Positions 32,823-42,430 of a stretch of DNA of 64,000 bases are shown piece by piece. The stretch is from the NCBI GenBank assembly GCA_040905385.1, contig JBBDRP010000002.1:322937-386936 (forward strand), given 5' to 3'. Each line of letters opens with the position of its first letter. The stretch's first letter is position 1. A model generated the notes under the pieces. That model had not been told where the DNA came from, did not search any database, and worked only from the letters and a program-made list of their open reading frames with translations. Made by a program: the position numbers and the translations under genes. Origin of the DNA: Minisyncoccota bacterium. Its GTDB lineage: Bacteria; Patescibacteriota; Minisyncoccia; Phycocordibacterales; SW-6-46-9.

Positions 32823-33068
32823 ATGGGTATTATTTTATGGATCATCTTTGGTGGTTTGGCTGGATGGGTAGCATCTGAATGGATTCTTGTTGGTGGTGAT
32901 GATGGTATTGGGGTTCTTGGGAATATTATTGTGGGTATTGTTGGTGCCGCTGTTGGAGGCTGGATTGCCGATAGTCTTGGTGCCAAGCAGGGAGGGTTAC
33001 TACTTAGCTTCCTATGGGCGGTTGTTGGAGCCGTGATTGTTCTTGTGATAGTAAACTTTATCTTCTAG
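32823..33068 (+). CDS. GlsB/YeaQ/YmgE-family (transglycosylase-associated) small membrane protein
   Basis: ILWIIFGGLAGWVASEWILVGGD..GIVGAAVGGWIA glycine-zipper pattern. Start taken at Met14 of the track ORF. Confidence 0.7.
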   Translation: MGIILWIIFGGLAGWVASEWILVGGDDGIGVLGNIIVGIVGAAVGGWIADSLGAKQGGLLLSFLWAVVGAVIVLVIVNFIF

Positions 33069-33085
33069 TTAAATTCGAGCAAAAA

Positions 33086-33120
33086 AACAAGAAACATCCC
33101 CGCAGACGCGGAGATGTTTT
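33086..33120. terminator. Bidirectional terminator hairpin (AAACATCCCCGC-agac-GCGGAGATGTTT) between convergent genes
   Basis: Read directly from the sequence. One mismatch in the stem. Confidence 0.45.
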
Positions 33121-33124
33121 CCTA

Positions 33125-33379
33125 TTACTTGTTTAGCTGCTGCTGAATGTAGTCGATGACAGAAACTGTAGAAACTTTTCCGTCAGCCGTCTGCTGGCTG
33201 ATCTGCCTAAGTTTCGGAATATCAATAACATCACAGTCAAGGTTTAGTTGGAAGTAGTCGCCGGGCGGGTTGGTGAGCCGCTTGTCATCAATTCGCTCCA
33301 TGATTTTTATCTGCTCTGATTTCGGTAGCGTGTATGGATTGATGACGTTGCCGTACTTGTCCGGGTTCAGGTTCGTCAT
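33125..33379 (-). CDS. Hypothetical small protein immediately downstream of vanY (TAGTATG stop/start junction)
   Basis: 84 aa (MTNLNPDKYGNV...). The 5' part of the longer track ORF overlaps vanY out of frame and is discounted. Confidence 0.4.
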   Translation of the reverse strand: MTNLNPDKYGNVINPYTLPKSEQIKIMERIDDKRLTNPPGDYFQLNLDCDVIDIPKLRQISQQTADGKVSTVSVIDYIQQQLNK

Positions 33380-33380
33380 A

Positions 33381-34268
33381 CTAGTCTTCAAATATTTCAC
33401 CACGATACTCATCAATCTCACGCTGCGGCCAGTCGTAAAAGAAGGCATCATCATCGTGTAGATCCTCGGCAAGTTCAATACCAACGAAGCGCCAGTGCCA
33501 TGGCTCAAACTGGTAGAAATGATTGTCTTCTGGGTAGGAAAGTACAAAGCCGTACTTATGGGCGTTATCCAGCAGCCACTGGTACGCCTCGGTAGTGGAG
33601 AAGTCCGTGTAATTGATTCCCATTTCCGGTGTTGTGAAGTCAACTGTTGTTCCCAGCTGGTGCTCGGAGTAGCCCTGCTCTGCAGAGAACTGATTGGCAG
33701 TGCCAACCCCGTAGGTGATAATGTAACTGCTTTTTAGCTGCTGCTGCCTGCTGAAGGAGCGGAAGGCCGAGATAATACGTAGATTGATGTCATCATCCTC
33801 AGCATCCTCGATCATGTCTTCCAGGAATGGGTAGGCCCGCTCATGAAATTCTTCAGTATCCTCATCGTATACATATTTTGAATCGATTTCTTCCAGGTCA
33901 GACGGAACATAATTTTCACTAAGAAAAAAGACTCGTGAGTACTTCTTCAGCAGCTCCGGGTCAACCGAGGTATAACGGGAAATATCCCCAACGGTGTCGG
34001 TAATATCCTCGATCTGTTCCTCAAAGTCTTCGTTTCGTTCCTCGGCCATCTGTAGCTCTTCGGACAGCACCTGAATCTCATTATTAGCCTGTTCAAGTTC
34101 ATTTTCAGTGGTCTCTAACTGCTGGCTGAGTTGATTATTTTTGACTCGTTCTTGGTCGAGTTCTACAGTGATTGTTTTAGCAGCGTAGACACCGTAGCTT
34201 CCGGCGGCAATACCAATAATGAGCGCGGTTGTAAGCAACCAGTGACTATCCGAAAAGATATTATTCAT
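33381..34268 (-). CDS. M15-family D-alanyl-D-alanine carboxypeptidase (VanY-like) with an N-terminal TM and a coiled coil
   Basis: SEHQLGTTVD and EPWHWRFVG metal-ligand motifs of LAS/M15 peptidases. Confidence 0.75.
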   Translation of the reverse strand: MNNIFSDSHWLLTTALIIGIAAGSYGVYAAKTITVELDQERVKNNQLSQQLETTENELEQANNEIQVLSEELQMAEERNEDFEEQIEDITDTVGDISRYTSVDPELLKKYSRVFFLSENYVPSDLEEIDSKYVYDEDTEEFHERAYPFLEDMIEDAEDDDINLRIISAFRSFSRQQQLKSSYIITYGVGTANQFSAEQGYSEHQLGTTVDFTTPEMGINYTDFSTTEAYQWLLDNAHKYGFVLSYPEDNHFYQFEPWHWRFVGIELAEDLHDDDAFFYDWPQREIDEYRGEIFED

Positions 34269-34395
34269 ATCGTTCAGTATAACAGGATTCAGTCGTTTCG
34301 TAACCAGATCAGTTTATACGTGAAGCAACAGGTGTATCATTTACATGTAAAAGTGTGGATTTCTTCTCCCTAATCCTACGGTATAATACAACCAT

Positions 34396-35481
34396 ATGAA
34401 AATACGTATCTCGAATCGGATCTTTCTTTACTTTATTCTTATGATGGTAGGTTCAGGAGGGTTCTTTTTTATACTTTTTATACCGAAACCAACCGGCTTT
34501 TATGCGTTCATCGCCTTAGCGGCAGTGGCTGGATTTGGTGTAGCGGCGAATATTTGGGACTCAAAACGGAATAATCGTGAGCTGGCCTGTCCGACTGGAT
34601 CCGACTGTAATGCAGTGGTGAACAGTCACTACTCGAAATTTTTAGGGGTCCATCTTGAGTACTGGGGGATGGGATACTTTGGAATTTTAATTCCAACCTA
34701 CGTAACGCTTATGTTTGCACCAGCGCTCTTCTCTTCGTCAATGATTTGGGGTGTAGTGGTGTTTTCGTTGCTTGCGGGACTTTTTTCTTTATATCTGCTG
34801 TTCGTACAGGGTATACTGTTGCGTAAATGGTGTATCTGGTGCTTACTGGCCGCGGCGATGTCGTTGACGGTTTGTGTACTGTCGGTGGTGAGTATCGAAG
34901 CAGCACCGGAGTTTATTCTTCGTGGTCTTCCAATTCTTATTTTTGTACAGTACCTTGGGTACACGTTTGGTGTTGGTGGAGCAACAGCCGCCGTTTTTCT
35001 GTTTGCAAATTATCTTGATGATGCCCAAATTGACGAGAAGGAGTTGTCCTCTCTGAAAGGGGTTCTGGAAATGGGTTGGGTAGGGTTAATTTTGGTACTC
35101 GTTAGTCAGTTTCTTCTACTAATTGGATTTTCGTTACTTGGTCAGATACCAGCCTTTATTATGCAGATTATTGCATTGTTGATAGCTGGCATATCGACGG
35201 CCGTAATGATGGTAATACTTAGCCCGTTCTTAGTATATGTTCCGTTTGCTCAGAAGGGGGAGAAAGTTGTTGATTCGAAAAAAAATAATACGTCTTCATC
35301 CTTTAATTCGCTGCGGGCACCGATTGTGATTTGCGGAGCGGTGATTATATCTTCGTGGTATATGGCACTTGTTGCTAGTTCTTTCTTATCTCTGTCATTG
35401 ACAGCACTCGTGAGTACATACGTGATGATTTTATTACTGATAACAAGCAGTTTTCTATATCTTACGCGACCCAAAAAATAA
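34396..35481 (+). CDS. Vitamin K epoxide reductase (VKOR) family membrane protein, a DsbB functional analogue, with an additional C-terminal multi-TM domain
   Basis: CPTGSDCNAVVNSHYSKFLG loop-Cys pair and a CIWC active-site CxxC in a TM helix. Confidence 0.7.
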   Translation: MKIRISNRIFLYFILMMVGSGGFFFILFIPKPTGFYAFIALAAVAGFGVAANIWDSKRNNRELACPTGSDCNAVVNSHYSKFLGVHLEYWGMGYFGILIPTYVTLMFAPALFSSSMIWGVVVFSLLAGLFSLYLLFVQGILLRKWCIWCLLAAAMSLTVCVLSVVSIEAAPEFILRGLPILIFVQYLGYTFGVGGATAAVFLFANYLDDAQIDEKELSSLKGVLEMGWVGLILVLVSQFLLLIGFSLLGQIPAFIMQIIALLIAGISTAVMMVILSPFLVYVPFAQKGEKVVDSKKNNTSSSFNSLRAPIVICGAVIISSWYMALVASSFLSLSLTALVSTYVMILLLITSSFLYLTRPKK

Positions 35482-35585
35482 GATCTCTTACATACGAAGA
35501 GGTTTTATCACTATGTATTTTTACTAAAAAAAATCTGCGGGCTGGAAGTATTTATAATGATTGATGGGTGTAATTTGTATAAAAA

Positions 35586-35620
35586 AATACTCGGGGGTGA
35601 TTATCCCGAGTATTTGAAAT
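35586..35620. terminator. Bidirectional terminator (AATACTCGGG-9 nt-CCCGAGTATT) flanked by A and T runs
   Basis: 10-bp perfect stem between convergent genes. Confidence 0.6.
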
Positions 35621-35622
35621 AT

Positions 35623-36006
35623 TTAGCATTTTATTGTTTTACACTGCTCAGCTGACTCACTATAGACAGCAACAAATGTTAGAAGGAAGCACATAAGACT
35701 AGTAGCTATCCAGGCACTGTTCACTTCTGGTACTGTGATTAGTAAACTAGAAACAAGGAAAGATGATACTGCTAGTATTAGGTTTGGGTTTATTTGCACA
35801 CCACCTTTACGCTGTCGCCAGTGATCAAATAAAATAAAACCACTGAATACTATTGCCACACCAACTCCTATCAACTTGGTGGTCGCGATCGTTTTTCCTA
35901 GATAAAAACTATCCAGAAGAATGAACCAGGCTAGAAACAGTACTACAATGGTTGAAAGTACATTTGCTCCGAAGATTAAGGTCGGTACAGATTTTTTTTT
36001 ATGCAT
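35623..36006 (-). CDS. Hypothetical membrane protein (four TM segments)
   Basis: 127 aa, hydrophobic. No recognised motif. Confidence 0.45.
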   Translation of the reverse strand: MHKKKSVPTLIFGANVLSTIVVLFLAWFILLDSFYLGKTIATTKLIGVGVAIVFSGFILFDHWRQRKGGVQINPNLILAVSSFLVSSLLITVPEVNSAWIATSLMCFLLTFVAVYSESAEQCKTIKC

Positions 36007-36189
36007 TTTATTGCTCCGTTTGTGAAAGATTTCTACTAACTAAATAGTATTAAATAATATTTTATGTGTCAAATAATGTTTCCCTGATTTTCTAAGGGCG
36101 AGGCTGGCTGGAATACTCACATAAACACAATTTCGTTCCCGACCCCTTCACTTTGAAAACCCTCGGTTTTCAATACTTTCCAACACGGG

Positions 36190-36226
36190 AACGAAGGGTT
36201 CGAATCCAGTCCGCTCGCCTCATAAA
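36190..36226 (+). pseudogene. tRNA-like fragment: an inverted 18-nt duplicate of the tRNA-Asn T-arm/acceptor 3' half (GGTTCGAATCCAGTCCGC). Probable pseudo-tRNA or att remnant.
   Basis: Perfect 18-nt match to 36267-36284 in the opposite orientation. No complete cloverleaf could be built. Nested hairpins lie upstream at 36137-36195. Confidence 0.45.
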
Positions 36227-36262
36227 AAAGCGGCCCTGACGGACGGCTTTCTATCTATTCGG

Positions 36263-36334
36263 CTCCGCGGACTGGATTCGAACCAGTAACATCCTCCTTA
36301 ACAGGGAGGCGCTCTACCGTTGAGCTACCGCGGA
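36263..36334 (-). tRNA. tRNA-Asn (anticodon GUU); CCA not encoded
   Basis: Manual fold: acceptor TCCGCGG/CCGCGGA, D-arm GCTC..GAGC, anticodon loop CTGTTAA, T-arm ACTGG-TTCGAAT-CCAGT. Confidence 0.85.
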
Positions 36335-36620
36335 ATATGTTTCAATCATTTTATTCGCAATGATTGAGAGATCAATCTGTTTTCTTTCCACTTGCCCCGT
36401 GTCTTTTTCGGGGCCGCGGAATGTACAAGTAGTAATATAGCAAAGATACACGCATTTTTCTAGTTATTACCAAGACCAGATTTTACTCATTCTCTAGCAT
36501 GCTATAATCAAGTTGTTCACGGGATGAGCGCTACTGTTTACACCTACTGCCATGAATTCATTCACGCCAACATTGTACACTTCTGAAGTAAGGCGAATTT
36601 GGTAACTATCTAATATAATT

Positions 36621-37004
36621 ATGGCTCTAAACACAAATCTTAAAACTACAAATATTGAAGCTGGAGATGATCTGCAGGACTATCTGGCTAAAAAACTTAT
36701 CAAACTAGAGCAGTTTATTGATGAAGATGATACGACGGCGCATGCTGATATCGAGTTGGAAAAACGAGCCGGTCAACAGACTGGGCAAATATACCGTGCA
36801 GAGATTAACTTACAAATAACTGGTTCATATCTGCGTTCAGAAGAGGATGCAGATGATATTCGTGATGCAATAGCGGCTATGCAGGAAAGTATCATTCGTA
36901 AACTCCGTAAGGTAAAGGAGAAGCGTCAAAGTCGTATCCGCTCCGGAGCTCGAAAGATGAAGCAAATGATTCAAGGTTGGTACGGAAGAAAAGGGGATAA
37001 GTGA
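36621..37004 (+). CDS. hpf: Ribosome hibernation promoting factor / ribosome-associated inhibitor (HPF/RaiA family)
   Basis: 127 aa. The pattern is typical of sigma-54-modulation / YfiA proteins. Basic C-terminal tail. Confidence 0.55.
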   Translation: MALNTNLKTTNIEAGDDLQDYLAKKLIKLEQFIDEDDTTAHADIELEKRAGQQTGQIYRAEINLQITGSYLRSEEDADDIRDAIAAMQESIIRKLRKVKEKRQSRIRSGARKMKQMIQGWYGRKGDK

Positions 37005-37029
37005 TTGTATATCGTGATATATTGATTGT

Positions 37030-37245
37030 ATGACCAAAATGAGCGTATCAATGAGTCCACGTGCTTTGCAGCATATAGCCTTCACGGCTGTTGTACTTTT
37101 CGGGTTAGTGATGTCACTTGCTATTCATGTAACCGAAAAAACTGTGGCTGAGGTTGAGAAAAACCGCTATATTTCCATCGAAGCGACTTTGGATGAAGCG
37201 TTCCTGAATGATAAATCTATATCTACCACTACTATGCGGCAGTAG
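37030..37245 (+). CDS. Hypothetical small membrane protein
   Basis: 71 aa. One TM. Weak support. Confidence 0.3.
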   Translation: MTKMSVSMSPRALQHIAFTAVVLFGLVMSLAIHVTEKTVAEVEKNRYISIEATLDEAFLNDKSISTTTMRQ

Positions 37246-37264
37246 TATTATTTATACTACTGTA

Positions 37265-38128
37265 CTACTGATTCTTTTTTATAAAATTTTTGTATGATAT
37301 TTCTTTATCGCCACTTGGTTTTACGCGATCAATTACTAACTCTCGATCTTCAAGGTGAGCCTTTGTGATTAGTACACGTTTTCCTTCTACGTAGAAGTGT
37401 GCTTTTGGCCAGTCGGTAAAAGCACTGATTTTGCGGATATTTCTTTCTGCGTCGTCATCAAGATTAATCTCTCCATCGCTTGAGCTAAACTTCTGACTGT
37501 AGGTAGCTATGTCATCATTCTGCGTCGTGGTTTGAATTGATCCGGATATCCAGGCCGGAATTGTTTCGGCCAGCAGTGTTCCACCGGCTATCATCAGTGC
37601 ATTTTTAAGGTCTGGGTAGGAAGGTGGCCAGTTTTTCGTCCGAATCTCTCTCTGTGCCACAATTGGACCATGATCCATCTGTTCATCCAGCTCAATAATG
37701 GTGACTCCGGTCATCTTTTCTTGCAGAATTGCGGAGCGAATAGGCGCCGGTCCACGCAGTTTGGGCAGAAGAGAAGGATGTAGATTCAGAGTGTTGTGCG
37801 TTGGTGTATAGATCAGCTCGGCCGGCAGTATCTTTCCGTAGGCAACCACTATAAATAGCGGCCAGACATCGTCAGGTGATAATTCATCAAGTTTTTCTAC
37901 AAACTCTTTATTTATGTTCTCTGGTTGGAGTATGGGTATCTGTCGTTTTTGCGCCCATTGCGCAACTGGTGGTGGAGATAATTTCATTCCCCTACCACTT
38001 GGCTTATCCGGTGCAGTTACCACTACATTCGGCGTCAGGTCGTGTTGCTGGAGGATATCTAAAATATCGACCGAAAATGGCGGGGTTCCAAAAAAAGCAA
38101 AGGATATATTTTTGTTACTGCTGCTCAT
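37265..38128 (-). CDS. fmt: Methionyl-tRNA formyltransferase
   Basis: NLHPSLLPKLRGPAPI motif. Start taken at MSSSNKN, so the 5' end overlaps def by a few nt. Confidence 0.85.
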   Translation of the reverse strand: MSSSNKNISFAFFGTPPFSVDILDILQQHDLTPNVVVTAPDKPSGRGMKLSPPPVAQWAQKRQIPILQPENINKEFVEKLDELSPDDVWPLFIVVAYGKILPAELIYTPTHNTLNLHPSLLPKLRGPAPIRSAILQEKMTGVTIIELDEQMDHGPIVAQREIRTKNWPPSYPDLKNALMIAGGTLLAETIPAWISGSIQTTTQNDDIATYSQKFSSSDGEINLDDDAERNIRKISAFTDWPKAHFYVEGKRVLITKAHLEDRELVIDRVKPSGDKEISYKNFIKKNQ

Positions 38129-38639
38129 GATTATTTTGGTCTTGAGGTACCTCACGTAAATTACTCGCTTTGTCGAGAAATAACACTCCGTCAAGGTGAT
38201 CAGTTTCGTGTTGAAATATTTGTGCCAGTAGACCGCCGGCACCCATTTCGAAGGTGTCACCATTCTCATCTAGAGCTTGTATAGTGACCTGAGTAGAACG
38301 TTCTATCTCTCCGTACGTATGACGAACCGATAGGCAGCCTTCATCAAGAATCAGAGTTTTCTTTGAGTGACTGATTATTTTTGGATTTATAAATATCTTG
38401 TCCGCGTTCGGAACGTCAGCGCGGTCGCGCAGGGCGTTTTCATGCACTACAAATATGCGAACTGAGGCACCAATTTGCGGAGCGGCAATAGCCACGCCGT
38501 CATCGGTAGCATGGAGCGCTTGCTTCATCTGAGTGATAATTTTTTGCATGCGATCAGAATTTATATCTGCTGGTTCTATTGGTGCAGCCACTTCACGTAG
38601 AACTGGATCGCCCGCCTGTCTTATGTCGTCTTCATTCAT
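38115..38639 (-). CDS. def: Peptide deformylase
   Basis: GxAAPQIG, EGCLS and QHETDHLDG motifs. Confidence 0.92.
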   Translation of the reverse strand: MNEDDIRQAGDPVLREVAAPIEPADINSDRMQKIITQMKQALHATDDGVAIAAPQIGASVRIFVVHENALRDRADVPNADKIFINPKIISHSKKTLILDEGCLSVRHTYGEIERSTQVTIQALDENGDTFEMGAGGLLAQIFQHETDHLDGVLFLDKASNLREVPQDQNNHEQQ

Positions 38640-38670
38640 AATGGTTTTATTCTATCAGTTTTGAGGTTAC

Positions 38671-40548
38671 TTATAAAAGCGTCTTGGGATGTGCGTTGAT
38701 CTCTATGGCCAGTGGAAGTGAGTGGAGTTTCTCTAAAATATCCTCATCTACCCACTTTTCTCGGTCTATTTGAAGCAGTGCGTGTGCTTCGTACCGACGA
38801 CTGGAGCTACTGGGATAGATGCTTATTTTTTGGTCAGAGAAGAGTTCCTTTACCTGCTTCATGTATTTTTTTACCGTTGCTTCTTTTCCTCCTGAGGTTA
38901 GTTTTATGAGGTAGGAGAAGGGTGGGTAGCCAAACTTTTCTCGCTCCGCAATTTGCTGTCGATAAAAACTCTTTACATCTCCGTTTAGCGCATGAGTAAA
39001 TATATCTGTATGCTTTGAACGCGACTGAATAAAAAACTTATCTTTCGTCAGCTCGCGAATTTGAAGCAGGAGAGCGAACAATTTTTCTGGAATGGATAGA
39101 TCAGGTAATGCTAGTAGGGAGTCTGCTGTTATGATGGCGCTGACATCAATTTTGTGTGCGAGGCGGTTGACACCGAGCTGAGTAGTAAGCAAGATACCAC
39201 TATCGGCCGTACGGAATTCCTCCAAAACTTTGTTAAGTTTCTTTTCCGTATCGGTAGTTGATCCATCTACTTGAAATACAGCTAACTCCGGTATCTTTTC
39301 TCTGAGTATATCGGCCACAAAGTCGATACCAACACCGAGCGCTTCCAGTCTCCAGCTTTGGCAATTCTGACACCGGCGTAAGCTTTCCTCGGTAGTGCCG
39401 CAGGTACTGCAGGCAAAAACTCTATTTTCACTTTCGTTATCAATCAGAACAAGTGGATAACCACAGCGTTTACAGGTGACCGTTTCACCGCAATCATTAC
39501 ATACGGTAAATGGACGTCGACCACGTCGAGCAACAAAAAGTAGCATTTTTCTATTCTTCTGAATCGTACGACGAATCTCTTTAGCAACCGGTGAGCTAAA
39601 AATTTTCACACCACTCGTACCTGATCTAGTTATTTCCTTCATATCAATTAGCTCTCCTGATGGTGTTTTTCCATAACGAAAGGTTGGTTTGTAAGCCGCT
39701 GATAGCTGGTCATTTCTATATGCCCAGATTGTCTCTGTCGAGAGGACAGTCCCGGAAATAATACAATCACGTTTGTATGATGCGGCAACTTCCATTGCAA
39801 ACAGATGCTTGTCCAGATGTGGTCGTCCGATCATTTTATACGCCTCGTTAATTTCATCCATAATAATAATCAGACCAAGATCAGATCGTGGAATGGATAA
39901 AAACGATGCTGTACCGACAATTACAATTGGTTTCTGAGTGGTGACTATCTCACGCCAGCGAGAAAGTAACGTATTTTTTGTGAGTGTACTATCAATATAA
40001 ATAACGGTTGTTTCTGTACTAATCGCTGAAGCCATCTCTTTTGCTTTGTAGTTTGTGGGTGTGCAAATAAAGATTGATTCCTTATTTTTAAGGTGTTTTT
40101 GTACAAGTGAATCTACGTATCCATACTGCTGCTCCTTAGTAGCCTGAATTATTTTTGGTTTTGGGGCTGTGATATCAGGAAGAAAAATATCAGAGGTAAT
40201 TTGTGGTAAATCATTATTATTTGTAATGATCGGCTTAGGTGTCAGAGCGGCGATGACACTGCCGGCAGTAACACCACTAAAGCGAGCAAATAACTGACAG
40301 GTTGTTATGAATTGGGTAAAGAAAATTTGATTTTCAATTTCATCAATTCCTTTCATCTCATACGGTATTTTCTTGAGAGCTGCTTTCATGTCGGCTGCCT
40401 TACGGCATCGGTGAACAACCCCACGTATACTGCGTGATCGCATCGGAGCTTTGACAATCGTGCCTTTTGTCACTGACTGCGGTGAGAAATATGAGAGCGA
40501 ATCAGCCCTCACCCCTTTGGCAAGTGGTAGTATATCGACAACATACAT
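38671..40548 (-). CDS. priA: Primosomal protein N' (PriA helicase), compact form
   Basis: SF2 helicase core plus Cys-rich insertion CNDCGETVTCKRCGYPL..CSTCG..CQNCQS. Confidence 0.85.
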   Translation of the reverse strand: MYVVDILPLAKGVRADSLSYFSPQSVTKGTIVKAPMRSRSIRGVVHRCRKAADMKAALKKIPYEMKGIDEIENQIFFTQFITTCQLFARFSGVTAGSVIAALTPKPIITNNNDLPQITSDIFLPDITAPKPKIIQATKEQQYGYVDSLVQKHLKNKESIFICTPTNYKAKEMASAISTETTVIYIDSTLTKNTLLSRWREIVTTQKPIVIVGTASFLSIPRSDLGLIIIMDEINEAYKMIGRPHLDKHLFAMEVAASYKRDCIISGTVLSTETIWAYRNDQLSAAYKPTFRYGKTPSGELIDMKEITRSGTSGVKIFSSPVAKEIRRTIQKNRKMLLFVARRGRRPFTVCNDCGETVTCKRCGYPLVLIDNESENRVFACSTCGTTEESLRRCQNCQSWRLEALGVGIDFVADILREKIPELAVFQVDGSTTDTEKKLNKVLEEFRTADSGILLTTQLGVNRLAHKIDVSAIITADSLLALPDLSIPEKLFALLLQIRELTKDKFFIQSRSKHTDIFTHALNGDVKSFYRQQIAEREKFGYPPFSYLIKLTSGGKEATVKKYMKQVKELFSDQKISIYPSSSSRRYEAHALLQIDREKWVDEDILEKLHSLPLAIEINAHPKTLL

Positions 40549-40562
40549 ATATAGCTGAGAAA

Positions 40563-41372
40563 TTAGATATCGCTGACAGTTATCCGGTCACCGTACAGAA
40601 CAAAAATGTTTCCGTCGCTTGTCGTGAAGGAAGGGTTTCGTACGCTCTCTACAACTGGTTGGAAGTTTTGGGTTTCTCCACTCGGATTAATCTCCATTGC
40701 GAAGACACCGCTTGGTGTAGCGAAGAATATTACGTCATCACGACCCGGATAGAATTCAATTTGGTTAATAGAGAGCTGGTTAAAGACACTGACTCCACAG
40801 GTGTCTTCATGACAGTGAAAGAAGTCAGGAGCAGTTGAGGTGCTCCTATTCCACTGGGCAATGATGTTGGTTTCCCCGTCAACATATACCCGGATGTCTT
40901 CATTTTCGGAAAGGAGAGGTGATTCCTGGCTTGGAATTGGTTCATCTCGTGCTGCCATAAGATTACTTCTGATCTCTTCGGTGGTCTGCAGTACCTGTCG
41001 ACTGGATTGCTCGATGAGGAATGGCTCTATCCCGATTGTTTCTCCCGGTCCAATCGTAATCTGTTGACTCCATGGCCAGTAATTATCCTGTGCAACGAGT
41101 ACCTGATGGCTACCACTTGATACCTCGTAGGTTGTTGGGCTGGAGGTTGACTGTAGTGGTTTCATACTGCTTCTGTTGATAAAGACACTTGCCTTCTGGC
41201 CAGTTGGGGTAATAGAGATAACCCCGTTTTCTTCACCTCTTTGAAACATGAAGATTACGAGTAATATGACAATAACGCTGCCGATGGCCCATATTAATCC
41301 TGTCTGTTTCGTTTGGGTGTTTTTTTGGGTATTCATTACCCGTATAGTCGCAGAAAACAGACATAAGTTCAA
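40563..41372 (-). CDS. Hypothetical membrane-anchored protein with a PEGA-like domain
   Basis: N-terminal TM. ASVFIN..SGSHQVLVAQDNYW..ITIGPGE resembles PEGA. The 5' end of the track ORF overlaps mreB, so the true start is probably an internal Met near 41336. Confidence 0.4.
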   Translation of the reverse strand: MNLCLFSATIRVMNTQKNTQTKQTGLIWAIGSVIVILLVIFMFQRGEENGVISITPTGQKASVFINRSSMKPLQSTSSPTTYEVSSGSHQVLVAQDNYWPWSQQITIGPGETIGIEPFLIEQSSRQVLQTTEEIRSNLMAARDEPIPSQESPLLSENEDIRVYVDGETNIIAQWNRSTSTAPDFFHCHEDTCGVSVFNQLSINQIEFYPGRDDVIFFATPSGVFAMEINPSGETQNFQPVVESVRNPSFTTSDGNIFVLYGDRITVSDI

Positions 41373-41400
41373 GGAGTTGTTTGTATTTTCCGCTGACGGT

Positions 41401-42423
41401 ATGATGGAAGGTATGAAGTTAGTACCACGTATCGCAATTGATTTTGGTTCTCACATGATTCGAGTTGTAGCTGATGACACTGAAAAGAATGTGTTTTCTG
41501 AGCGTTCACTTTTAGTTCGCAAAGTAGTGTCTGGAGAAATTTTAGCTATTGGTGAGGCTGCAGAGGATCACGTTCTGGTTTCGGGAGAGGAGTTGGTTGC
41601 TCCGATTCGGAATGGAATTATGGTTGATTACGAAGGCGCTTCTGCGCTGATTGCTTACGTATTGCGTCAGATTGCTTCGTGGTGGCATGTTTTTAAACCG
41701 CATGTGGTTATCGCGGAGAGTCTCTCTCTCAGCAGGGCACTTTCCCAGGCGCTGGGCGAAGTAGTCCAGGTGGCCGGCGGCGGAAAGGTGTACATGACCC
41801 CGGTTCCTTCGCTGGCAGCACTCGGAGCAGGAATCGACCCTCGCGACTCAGTCGGTAATTTAATTCTTGATATTGGGGCTGGAACCACTGAAGCGGCCAT
41901 AATAAGTCGTGGAAGCTCAGTGTCGGCGACGTCAGCTCCGATTGGTGGGTATGATCTCTCTCAAGCGGTAGTTGTGTATCTTGAGAACAAGTACGGTGTA
42001 GACATATCTGACTCAACAGCAGCTGATATTATCCAGACGGGGGGTTCCGCGCTTCGCCGAGATGACGATGGCACACACGAATTTTATGCTAATGAAAAAG
42101 ATACCGGTGAAGCCAAGGTGTTGACCATTACCGGAAATGAGATTACTGAGGTGATCGCTAAACCTTTGCAGCAGATTCTTGGTACGGTTAGTTGGGTTGT
42201 TCACCGAACGCCGACAACGCTGCTTTCAGATATTGCACAAAATGGTATTACGGTTACGGGTGGGGTAGGTAACTTGCGTCATGTTGATACCTACCTGAAG
42301 CGTGAGCTGGCGTTGCCGGTGCGGGTGGTGCAGCGACCAGAGGATGCGGTCATATCTGGTGGTCGTGAAGCACTTCGTTTTGTATCTCGTTTTAAGCAGA
42401 CGGTACCACAGTCATCTGCTTAA
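41401..42423 (+). CDS. mreB: Actin-like rod-shape protein MreB, paralog 1
   Basis: IAIDFGSHMIRV phosphate-1 and ILDIGAGTTEAAIIS phosphate-2/connect motifs. Start taken at the ATG at 41401. Confidence 0.8.
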   Translation: MMEGMKLVPRIAIDFGSHMIRVVADDTEKNVFSERSLLVRKVVSGEILAIGEAAEDHVLVSGEELVAPIRNGIMVDYEGASALIAYVLRQIASWWHVFKPHVVIAESLSLSRALSQALGEVVQVAGGGKVYMTPVPSLAALGAGIDPRDSVGNLILDIGAGTTEAAIISRGSSVSATSAPIGGYDLSQAVVVYLENKYGVDISDSTAADIIQTGGSALRRDDDGTHEFYANEKDTGEAKVLTITGNEITEVIAKPLQQILGTVSWVVHRTPTTLLSDIAQNGITVTGGVGNLRHVDTYLKRELALPVRVVQRPEDAVISGGREALRFVSRFKQTVPQSSA

Positions 42424-42430
42424 TCTATAT

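Noticed and set aside
36103-36226. Complete second tRNA, or an intron-containing tRNA, on the plus strand
   Set aside because: An acceptor stem, T-arm and anticodon arm could not all be paired. Only the 18-nt 3'-half duplicate is convincing, so it is reported as a fragment.
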